Shown: positions 1-7,629 of the stretch, in pieces
How the letters are laid out: each line of letters starts with the position of its first letter
Numbering within the stretch: the stretch's first letter is position 1
NCBI RefSeq assembly: GCF_014396165.1
Contig: NZ_CP060715.1
Span: 1,920,001 to 1,952,000 of the forward strand
Source: Erysipelothrix inopinata
GTDB lineage: Bacteria; Bacillota_I; Bacilli_A; Erysipelotrichales; Erysipelotrichaceae
Reading direction: 5' to 3'
Length of the DNA stretch: 32,000 bases
Notes under the pieces: generated by a model
Seen by the model: the letters and a program-made list of their open reading frames with translations, nothing else
The model's database searches: none
Told to the model about the DNA's origin: nothing
Translations under genes and position numbers: made by a program

Positions 1-452
1 TAATCATAATCTTCTTTTAAGTATTCTATAAAAGTAGCATTTGGGTCTTCAATATTAGGATTTGTTGTTAGGTAGCGAACTTCATCATTACGATCAAAAT
101 GGATATCTGAAATGTCTCGACTAAATACTGCGGTTGAGAAACCACTGTTATCACGAATGTTCGTAAAAGTTAGTCCCGTTTGCACACCATCTTCATCAAA
201 ACTTGAAATATAAATAGCAACTTCATCATTATTTAATTCAGAAACATTAATAATGTTCTCAAAAAAATGATGAGGTTCTTCAAGAAAATGCGTAGACGCT
301 CTAAATTCAACGCCGTTTAAATCACCACTTTGAATCCGTCCGAACGCGACTTCAGCAGACATTTGGTTATAATATGTATTATAGAAATCATACAAACCGT
401 TGAATGATAAGATTGACACTAAAACAGAGAAGACAATAATATATTTTCTCAT
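1..452 (-). CDS. hypothetical secreted or membrane-anchored protein, N-terminal part only (gene runs off the window start)
   Basis: Minus-strand frame is open from ATG 452-450 to the window edge, with AAAGGTG SD 5 nt upstream. The N-terminus MRKYIIVFSVLVSILSF is a hydrophobic signal/anchor. It is absent from the ORF track because no stop lies in the window. Confidence 0.55.
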   Translation of the reverse strand, partial: MRKYIIVFSVLVSILSFNGLYDFYNTYYNQMSAEVAFGRIQSGDLNGVEFRASTHFLEEPHHFFENIINVSELNNDEVAIYISSFDEDGVQTGLTFTNIRDNSGFSTAVFSRDISDIHFDRNDEVRYLTTNPNIEDPNATFIEYLKEDYD

Positions 453-756
453 AATGGCACCTTTTCTACTAAAAATAGGTGACAATCCTTACTTTATACG
501 ACCTCGACGAATACCTTGCTGGATTATCCTATTTTTGGTTAGTTGAGATGAAAGTGTACGAATTCATTTTCGTTAGTTCACTAGAGAGTAGATAAAAAAA
601 GATAAATATTCGTGCAAATTTCTAACATAGAACAAAACAACTAATAAATCTTCAAAGTGCTTTGATTAGTTGCATTATAGCACTAATTAATTAAGTCGCA
701 ACAGATATTATCGTGGAAGCCACCCTATTTTCAACTAAATTTCATCCTTTTGCTAC

Positions 757-773
757 ATCCTATGTGATAGGAT
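757..773. promoter_or_regulatory. 17-bp perfect palindrome ATCCTATgtgATAGGAT just upstream of the SD of the 796 gene (candidate operator or 5' hairpin)
   Basis: Read directly: 7-nt arms with a 3-nt spacer, ending 6 nt before AAAGGGAGG. Confidence 0.3.
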
Positions 774-795
774 TAACGAAAGGGAGGTTATTCAT

Positions 796-1476
796 ATGAA
801 AGACCGTTATGATTTTTTAGATACTTTAAATCGATACTTTAATGTGAACTTAGTTATGGGAATTTGCTCCATTATCGTATTAATAAATGTTCAAGCGCTA
901 ACTGCTGTTGCTGGTTTAGCGACTTTAGTTTGTGCTATTTTATCACTTATTTACACGTGGAGGCTGTATAAAACATCCGCTAACACTAAAATGCGTACTG
1001 TTTTTTGGCTTCAAATTTCAGCTGGAATCGTGACCTTTATCATGATGATAACAATCATGTCCATGGTAATGAATATGATTTACAGCGAATCAATGATAAC
1101 AGGATATGGGGCAAATGACTTAGATTTACTTGATCAGTTTCTTGAAGTTAACACAAACTTTTTATTAACAATTATTACATTCGGAGTCATCCTACTTGTG
1201 ATTAGAATTATTACTACAGTCATGACCTTGTCATTTTTCAAAGACGAAGTTCCAACTGAGAATACGCTTAAGATTTATCCAACCGTATTAACATTGTCGA
1301 TTGTAGCTATTGTGGTTGACTTAGCATTCTCGATATTTATGAACTCACAAGCATCTCTCAATGTTTCAAGTATCCTAAGTACGTTGATATTCCTTTACTT
1401 CCTTAATGTTTGTCGTAAAGAATATCAATTCATGCTTGATCATGAAAATGAAATGCGTTATCAAGATTTCGAATAA
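796..1476 (+). CDS. hypothetical 6-TM membrane protein, paralog 1
   Basis: ATG preceded by AAAGGGAGG. About six hydrophobic spans. Shares MKDRYxFLxTLNRYF, YTWxLY, LSFFKxE and the C-terminal YxxVCRxE with the next ORF. Confidence 0.75.
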   Translation: MKDRYDFLDTLNRYFNVNLVMGICSIIVLINVQALTAVAGLATLVCAILSLIYTWRLYKTSANTKMRTVFWLQISAGIVTFIMMITIMSMVMNMIYSESMITGYGANDLDLLDQFLEVNTNFLLTIITFGVILLVIRIITTVMTLSFFKDEVPTENTLKIYPTVLTLSIVAIVVDLAFSIFMNSQASLNVSSILSTLIFLYFLNVCRKEYQFMLDHENEMRYQDFE

Positions 1477-1496
1477 AGAGCTTCGGCTCTTTTTTA
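1476..1496 (+). terminator. rho-independent terminator
   Basis: AAGAGC-TTCG-GCTCTT hairpin followed by a T-run, immediately after the stop codon. Confidence 0.7.
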
Positions 1497-1520
1497 TTGC
1501 AAGAAAATAACTTTCAATAA

Positions 1521-1529
1521 TGATATAAT
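1521..1529 (+). promoter_or_regulatory. extended -10 element TGATATAAT for paralog 2
   Basis: TGnTATAAT match about 100 nt upstream of ATG 1637. No good -35 element seen. Confidence 0.4.
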
Positions 1530-1636
1530 ATAAGTAACAACAGAGTCCTTTTAACTCAAGGACGTTCCAACAAGAAACATTGATTTAATCATTAAGAATT
1601 CATAACTCATCATTTGAATCAAAGGAGGATGCTCAA

Positions 1637-2320
1637 ATGAAAGATCGTTATACATTTCTAGAAACTTTAAATCGTTATTTCTATGCCAACCTCATACTGG
1701 CTATCATTTCCATTCTAAATATCAGTAATTTACTTAACGGCAAAGAAGGTAATTCAGTATTAATCCTTATTTGTTCGATTTTTATTATTGTCTATACCTG
1801 GAATCTTTATGCTGTATCTGGGAATAAGAAAATGAAGTTTGTATTCTTCACTTATTTATTACTAATCGGTATTTCATTTTCTGTAACGATGTTTTTTCCA
1901 TCTCTCTTAAATGCAGCGTACCAGGACACTATAAACTCGGGGGCAACAATCGTTAATTTAGATGATCCTCAAATTTATTTCGCACTAACGGACTTTAACT
2001 CAGCAATTATCATGGTAACTCTTTCACTTCTGATTATTTATATAATTATTAATATCGCTCAGATTTATCTCTCATTATCATTTTTCAAAGAAGAAATTGA
2101 CACGACAAAAATCAAAAGTCTTTATCCTGTAATGCTAATCGTATCTATCGTCGTGATGATTACTGAAATTGTTCTCACAACAATTTACTCACCTTTAGGG
2201 GCTCTCGGTTCTTCATCAACCCTTAGTAGTATCATTTATATTTACTACCTATACGTTTGTAGACGTGAACTCAAACTCAATTCTAAAATTGATTCTTCAA
2301 CCTTGAATAATTACAATTAA
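1637..2320 (+). CDS. hypothetical 6-TM membrane protein, paralog 2
   Basis: AAAGGAGGA SD. Same length, topology and conserved motifs as 796..1476. Confidence 0.75.
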   Translation: MKDRYTFLETLNRYFYANLILAIISILNISNLLNGKEGNSVLILICSIFIIVYTWNLYAVSGNKKMKFVFFTYLLLIGISFSVTMFFPSLLNAAYQDTINSGATIVNLDDPQIYFALTDFNSAIIMVTLSLLIIYIIINIAQIYLSLSFFKEEIDTTKIKSLYPVMLIVSIVVMITEIVLTTIYSPLGALGSSSTLSSIIYIYYLYVCRRELKLNSKIDSSTLNNYN

Positions 2321-2338
2321 GAGCTTAGGCTCTTTTTT
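2319..2338 (+). terminator. rho-independent terminator (near-copy of the one at 1476)
   Basis: AAGAGC-TTAG-GCTCTT hairpin plus a T-run. Confidence 0.7.
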
Positions 2339-2340
2339 AA

Positions 2341-2370
2341 TTGAGTTGGTTCTCTTTTTTTTGGTATAAT
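2341..2370 (+). promoter_or_regulatory. sigma-A type promoter for the TetR gene
   Basis: TTGAGT, then an 18-nt spacer, then TATAAT, with a TG extended -10 (TGGTATAAT). Confidence 0.5.
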
Positions 2371-2390
2371 AAGACTAATGAGGTGACACA

Positions 2391-2933
2391 ATGTCTGCAA
2401 CCATTATTACGAAGAAAACGATTGCGAAGTCGTTCAAGAATATTATGATGACAACGCCGATACAACAAATATCAATACGCCAAATCATGGATGACGCAAA
2501 CATTAGACGCCAAACTTTTTATGACCATTTTTATGATAAATACCAATTAACAACATGGATCTATGAACAAGACTTTAAAGAGTATATTCAAGATTATATC
2601 AACTATGATCCCGTTGATAAAATTATGGTTCGTTTCTTGAACTATCTAAAGGACAATCATACATTCTATCAAAATGCTTTATCCTACCATGATCAAAATG
2701 CATTCGAAGAAACTATGCGTAATCATTTCTTTGAACTCTCGAAGGAAATATTGATGATAGAATTCAAAAAAAATAATACCACTGTAAGCCAAGATGAATT
2801 CCATGCGCTTGCGCACTTCATCTCTTTTGCTTTAGTTGGTATTATTATTGATTGGATTGACCAAGATTGTGACCAAGATGTTGATTCATTGGTTACCGAA
2901 ATTATGATTTGTATTGAGCGAATGAGCCGTTAA
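2391..2933 (+). CDS. TetR-family regulator of the DhaS (dihydroxyacetone kinase regulator) type
   Basis: GAGGTGA SD. N-terminal HTH with ISIRQIMDDANIRRQTFYDHFYDKYQLTTWIY, the IxRxTFYxHFxDKYxLxxW signature typical of DhaS-like TetR proteins. Confidence 0.75.
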   Translation: MSATIITKKTIAKSFKNIMMTTPIQQISIRQIMDDANIRRQTFYDHFYDKYQLTTWIYEQDFKEYIQDYINYDPVDKIMVRFLNYLKDNHTFYQNALSYHDQNAFEETMRNHFFELSKEILMIEFKKNNTTVSQDEFHALAHFISFALVGIIIDWIDQDCDQDVDSLVTEIMICIERMSR

Positions 2934-3923
2934 TTACCATGACGGAGCATTCGTTTTTTGATTCAAGTACTCAAGCCACATAGAATCTCTAAGCGGCAAG
3001 CAAGAAACCGAAACACCTTTCATATCCATACTTGTCATGAGGCTTCCCACTTTCACAAATGAACACTCAATGTTGTCTAATTCAATGAGTTGCATTAAAT
3101 CATGATAGAAAATAAGTAATTCCATTTCTGGGGTTCCACCTAACCCATTCACTAAGATGGCAATCTGATCCCCTTTTTTCACATCACATTGTGATTTTAA
3201 TTTATTCCAAATTTCATTAGCAAGTTCTGCTGAACCCCTGAAGTCTTCAATGCGATAACCTGATTCGCCATGGATTCCCATTCCGTAAGAAACATGACCA
3301 AACTCCAAATCAAACATAGGTGTTGCTTTGCCTGGTAATGTTCCTGATGAGAGTGCAACACCCAACGTATTAAGTTCCGATAGAGCACTTTCAGCAATCA
3401 CTTTTAATTCATCCAATGATTTTCCTGCTTGAGCTGCGGCACCTATTATTTTATGAATAAACAGTGTACCTGCAACACCACGTCGTCTCTTTTTAAAGGA
3501 AGAGTCTTCAACAGAGCAATCGTCATTCACAATAATTGAGTCGACTTTGATACCTTTTTGACGCGCCATATCAATGCCAAGGTTAAAAGAAGTAACATCT
3601 TCAATAAAATTTTTAACAATAACAAAGACACCTTTTCCTTCATCAGCAGCACAAATCATTTGATACACTTCATCAGGTGTAGGCGGTACAAAGACTGCGC
3701 CCATCGCACATGCTTTTAACATACCTGCTCCGACATAACCAATGTGTGCTGGTTCATGGCCGCTACCCCCACCACTTACCACAGCAACGCTATCATACTG
3801 CTCTTTCGAGACGAAGACACCCGTATCTTCGATACGGAAGATAGCATCATGATAAAGTGATGCGAATGCTGAAAATAAATCATTTTCTACAGAATTAGGA
3901 TTATTGATTAATTTCGTCATCAT
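2934..3923 (-). CDS. dhaK: DhaK-family protein: dihydroxyacetone kinase Dha-binding subunit, or its regulatory paralogue DhaQ
   Basis: Motifs GGGSGHEP and GMGIHGESG; about 330 aa. AAAGGAGA SD (the second ATG at 3920 has better spacing). No dhaL or dhaM in the window. Confidence 0.85.
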   Translation of the reverse strand: MMTKLINNPNSVENDLFSAFASLYHDAIFRIEDTGVFVSKEQYDSVAVVSGGGSGHEPAHIGYVGAGMLKACAMGAVFVPPTPDEVYQMICAADEGKGVFVIVKNFIEDVTSFNLGIDMARQKGIKVDSIIVNDDCSVEDSSFKKRRRGVAGTLFIHKIIGAAAQAGKSLDELKVIAESALSELNTLGVALSSGTLPGKATPMFDLEFGHVSYGMGIHGESGYRIEDFRGSAELANEIWNKLKSQCDVKKGDQIAILVNGLGGTPEMELLIFYHDLMQLIELDNIECSFVKVGSLMTSMDMKGVSVSCLPLRDSMWLEYLNQKTNAPSW

Positions 3924-4017
3924 AAATCTCCTTTAACCTATTTTAACACTAAATCTTAATTTGGGGTATGTTAAAGGTGAACCTTAACAAAATAAAAAGA
4001 AACAACGCGGGTGCACG

Positions 4018-4590
4018 TCATTTCTTCTCAGCAATATAGGGTTCTGTTGTTTGATCAATCCATTCATTGAAACTATTGAGAATTTTCGCAAAAAATTGCA
4101 TGGTATCTTCTTTAAAGTCGCCATTCTCATCAACATATTGATAGATACGACCAATATACACTTCAGGTTGAGCCATGACATAACAATTCATAGAAGTTAA
4201 GATTTGTCTCAAATGATGATTTGCTCCAAAACCTCCCAAACTTCCTGGTGAAACAGAAATAATGAGTGCAGGCTTATGTGACCATTCACTATTTCCAAAA
4301 GGCACAGATGCTGCATCAATAGCGTTTTTAAGGACAGCTGGAATTGACCGATTGTGCTCAGGCGTTATAAAGATATAAGCATCCTTTTCCGTTACTTTTT
4401 CCCTGAATACTTGATAAGAAACGGGAAGATTTTCAATATCTTCATCATATTCTTGGTTATACATTTCTAATTGTGATATATCCATAAGCTCATATTCACG
4501 AGAGTCATCCAGCTCCATAAACGCTTTCGCTACCTTCAAACTCCACGAATCCTTACGAAGACTCCCTACTAAAATTCCTACTTTTTTCAT
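4018..4590 (-). CDS. NAD(P)H-dependent FMN reductase family oxidoreductase
   Basis: MKKVGILVGSLRKDS and ITPEHNRSIPAVLKNAID motifs. AGGAGAAAA SD lies only 11 nt after the upstream stop. Confidence 0.8.
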   Translation of the reverse strand: MKKVGILVGSLRKDSWSLKVAKAFMELDDSREYELMDISQLEMYNQEYDEDIENLPVSYQVFREKVTEKDAYIFITPEHNRSIPAVLKNAIDAASVPFGNSEWSHKPALIISVSPGSLGGFGANHHLRQILTSMNCYVMAQPEVYIGRIYQYVDENGDFKEDTMQFFAKILNSFNEWIDQTTEPYIAEKK

Positions 4591-4601
4591 TTCGTTTTCT
4601 C

Positions 4602-6509
4602 CTATTGGTTGAATATCGATTCTAAGTTTTTTGAAACAGTTTCCATTAACAACATGGGTAAACGTTCCAATTCTTCACCAACATGAACCCCTCTCATATT
4701 TTTAACATCATCGTTGAAAATTGTATCAAATACCTTGATGTCATTGTCACTGTTATGCCCTATTTGAAAGGCATAGACTTCAACATATTGATTGAGAAGT
4801 CCTTCTAATGCTTGCTTTGTCGTACCTGGAAAACTGGATGCACCATCCGTAATCTCAAAAACCATTTTAATTTTTCGACCTGATTTCATAGCATTAATAT
4901 CACTTCGTTCTAATCCATTTAATATTTCACGAAGACACTTACCATCATCTGTAGTACCATACTGACCATCGATACGTGTAATTGATTGAATCAATTCACT
5001 GCGATCTTGCTTCTTGTTATGAGAGTCATTATCCTTAATTTGTTTAAAGTCTGTCCCAAACAACCATGTCGATGTTTGTATCGACAAAGTCTGGTTTAAT
5101 TTTTGAGCATTTTGTTTGAGATACAGGTCAAAATCTTCTAATGAAAGAAGTGTCATAGCCATCGCCTTACGCGCCGCATCAATCTTCTCAGCATCCATTG
5201 ATCCTGAATTATCAACTAAGAAGATGATTTCAATTTCTTGAGGAAGTTTCTTTGTACTTGACTCAAGCTCATACCTTGAAAATATGGGTAAGTTCTTATA
5301 ATTATGAAGTTGTTGTGCTTCATAAAACTGCGCATAATTAAATACTAAATCGTTAACATTCAACTTCCCTTTATTTTGCATGGTCTTTTTAACACTTTGT
5401 TCTTGTTTTGCATTTCCGACAAGTTTTGCCCAAAAAGACTTCATTTGTTGTCGTTGTTTCGATACTGCATTTTCGTAATAGTGGAAGAGCTCCATTTCTT
5501 CGGCATTAATACCAAAATCGGAAAACCCTTCATTTTTATTGATAGAATCTTGATACATTTGTTGATTTTTTATTTCTTCTTGCATCATGTCGTCTATAAT
5601 TTTTTCTTGATCTTCTTGAGACGATTCAACACTATCCTCACTTGATTCTTGTTTGTCATCTAAGAGCTCGTATTCTCCTTCTGACATTTCCCCTTCTTCC
5701 TCTTGTGTCATCATATGGTCAATTTCATAGCACCAAAGTTTTTTATATTCAGGATAAATGATATTTCGGATAAAATCATCTTTAACATCAAGATTTGCAT
5801 CCATAACAATAAACTTTTTAAATTGACGTTTCACAACGACATGAAGCGACTCGCCAAGTAATTGCAATTTAATGAGTGCTTCATCAAAACTGTATTCACC
5901 TTCATAATTTTCATTAATTTCATAAATCATAAAGGATCTAATAAATTCTTGTTGGGCAGGAAGCAAAGAAGTTTTTGCATATTCATAGCCATTTTTTCCA
6001 AGATAAGCGTTTATTGAATTCATTACTTCTGAATCTTGGTACACGGGGCACTTCTCCAAGACTGTGAGATAAGCAAGATACTGATCGAGAATAAATAAAA
6101 AATCTTTCATCTCATTTCTTACGTAATAACTTAGTTTTTGATTCGTATAATTAGGATTGCCTTTAAGTTTTTTTGACAGAAGATAGACAATTTGATTCAT
6201 TTCTTTTTGCCAAGAATTAAGACGTTTTGCGTACAGTTCTGTTTCTGATTGCCATTTTGAGTAATGGGCTAATTCATAGTAGACATGCCACATGACTTCA
6301 TGTTCATTCCAATCATTGTAAAGAAATTGTTCAAGGGGAATCACAACTTGTTTATGTTTTACATCCACTTTAATTTTTTCTAATTGAGGATCACTAACAT
6401 AATGGAGGCCTGAATCCTGTGTGTATGTCACAAGATTTCGTACTTCACGATTTAAAAACATGTCAAAGTTTTGTGTTGCTTGCTCAATTAAAACCGCTTC
6501 TTTTTCCAT
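4602..6509 (-). CDS. VWA (MIDAS) domain protein with a long N-terminal region and a D/E-rich tract (NorD/CbbO-like partner of an AAA_5 ATPase)
   Basis: C-terminal IIFLVDNSGSMD (DxSxS MIDAS motif at 5199-5213). Acidic tract QEEEGEMSEGEYELLDDKQESSEDSVESSQEDQEK. GGAGGAA SD directly after the upstream stop. Confidence 0.8.
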   Translation of the reverse strand: MEKEAVLIEQATQNFDMFLNREVRNLVTYTQDSGLHYVSDPQLEKIKVDVKHKQVVIPLEQFLYNDWNEHEVMWHVYYELAHYSKWQSETELYAKRLNSWQKEMNQIVYLLSKKLKGNPNYTNQKLSYYVRNEMKDFLFILDQYLAYLTVLEKCPVYQDSEVMNSINAYLGKNGYEYAKTSLLPAQQEFIRSFMIYEINENYEGEYSFDEALIKLQLLGESLHVVVKRQFKKFIVMDANLDVKDDFIRNIIYPEYKKLWCYEIDHMMTQEEEGEMSEGEYELLDDKQESSEDSVESSQEDQEKIIDDMMQEEIKNQQMYQDSINKNEGFSDFGINAEEMELFHYYENAVSKQRQQMKSFWAKLVGNAKQEQSVKKTMQNKGKLNVNDLVFNYAQFYEAQQLHNYKNLPIFSRYELESSTKKLPQEIEIIFLVDNSGSMDAEKIDAARKAMAMTLLSLEDFDLYLKQNAQKLNQTLSIQTSTWLFGTDFKQIKDNDSHNKKQDRSELIQSITRIDGQYGTTDDGKCLREILNGLERSDINAMKSGRKIKMVFEITDGASSFPGTTKQALEGLLNQYVEVYAFQIGHNSDNDIKVFDTIFNDDVKNMRGVHVGEELERLPMLLMETVSKNLESIFNQ

Positions 6510-6520
6510 AAAGTTCCTCC

Positions 6521-6856
6521 TTACTTATATAAATCAATGGCAAATAACGATTGATAATCTCTGAGCTTATTGATGCTCACAGCCTGCCAAATACCGTCAA
6601 GATTTTGGACGATAAATCCATCTTTCCATTGTGTTCCTAACACGATATCGGTTGTTAAATGAATCCAGGGATTTAATGTCCATTCATCAAAGAATCGTTC
6701 AAGTAAATACGTTTCCCCTTCATCATTTAATATAAGTGCCTCATCGCGATTCGCCACAACCGAGTATAAATGACCAGTCATACTGTCAATTTTTCGACTT
6801 TCAAATGTATCTAAACTAATAATGACGCACTGTCCCGAATCTCCTAATGCAATCAA
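6521..6856 (-). CDS. C-terminal fragment of a frameshift-interrupted beta-propeller-like repeat protein
   Basis: The track ORF starts at a TTG, but this frame is open without a start codon up to 7036. The extension reads ...SAITCDDSYVYIGTQDGSILVYSIKD..., continuous with the upstream ORF after a -1 shift. Confidence 0.6.
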   Translation of the reverse strand: MIALGDSGQCVIISLDTFESRKIDSMTGHLYSVVANRDEALILNDEGETYLLERFFDEWTLNPWIHLTTDIVLGTQWKDGFIVQNLDGIWQAVSINKLRDYQSLFAIDLYK

Positions 6857-6972
6857 GTGATTCTCATCGAGTAATTTGAGACTTGTAATTGATGATTCAA
6901 ATACCCCTACTTGATGATTAAGTTCAAAGGAATCTTTAATCGAATAGACAAGAATTGATCCATCTTGTGTAC

Positions 6973-7629
6973 CTATATAGACATATGAATCATCACATGT
7001 AATTGCAGACCATCGATCCGATACATCATACCCACTTCATATACATCATTCGATCCACGAAGTGCAACACATAGATTTAAGTCATTGAGATACACAACAT
7101 GATGAGATGACATGAAAATGATATCTTGACCCCAATCTACAACCTCACTAGACGCAATATTTACGGATTCAGTTTCGATGACCTTAATGTTTTCATTCGT
7201 GATAATTTCAAAATGAAGGCATTCGGATTGGTTTGTATAACACTCTAATTCATGATCATGAGCCATCATTCCAATTATCTTCCCTTCGTAAAAAGGAAGA
7301 TTCATGTTTTCAAGAACTAAGCCATTGACTTTATATATCTTCAAGGCACCACTTAGATATAAAGCCCCAAAATGTGTATCATCGATAAGCGATACCTGTT
7401 TTACCATATCCAAGCTCTCTTCTTCATCCATGACGCGAAAATTTGTTGTTTCAAAGTTAGTTTTCTTCCGAAAATCATCTTTGACTTGAAAATAAGGTAA
7501 CAGTTCGAGCATTATCTGGTGTTGTTGGAGTTTAAGTTCTAAAAGTTCCTGTTCCGAAAGAGTATCCAATTGAATGTGTTCAAGTTGGTCTTGATATTCT
7601 TTCATTAACTCTGAAGGGTTAAGTTTCAA
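6973..7629 (-). CDS. N-terminal fragment of the same frameshift-interrupted beta-propeller-like repeat protein
   Basis: TTG start overlaps the upstream TGA (AATTGAAA). About 40-aa strand-rich repeats follow a helical N-terminus. It ends in an out-of-frame tail MMYRIDGLQLHVMIHMSI. Confidence 0.6.
   Translation of the reverse strand: MKLNPSELMKEYQDQLEHIQLDTLSEQELLELKLQQHQIMLELLPYFQVKDDFRKKTNFETTNFRVMDEEESLDMVKQVSLIDDTHFGALYLSGALKIYKVNGLVLENMNLPFYEGKIIGMMAHDHELECYTNQSECLHFEIITNENIKVIETESVNIASSEVVDWGQDIIFMSSHHVVYLNDLNLCVALRGSNDVYEVGMMYRIDGLQLHVMIHMSI

Noticed and set aside
3940-3948. An extended -10-like TGTTAAAAT upstream of the dhaK-like gene, considered as its promoter.
   Set aside because: It would place the transcription start inside or after the SD (3928-3934), and there is no -35 element. 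The nearby imperfect hairpin at 3971-3994 lacks a U-tract, so it is not a terminator either.
6263-6292. WHVYYELAHY in the VWA protein, considered as a zincin HExxH active site.
   Set aside because: The first His position is Tyr (YELAH), so the motif is not intact. It is kept only as a possible degenerate remnant.
7021-7049. A 9-nt direct repeat ATGATGTAT...ATGATGTAT with a 20-nt period at the propeller-gene frame break, considered as a 20-bp tandem duplication causing the shift.
   Set aside because: Only 9 of the 20 nt are repeated, so it is not a true tandem duplication. The repeat may simply encode the same D-V dipeptide in the two reading frames.
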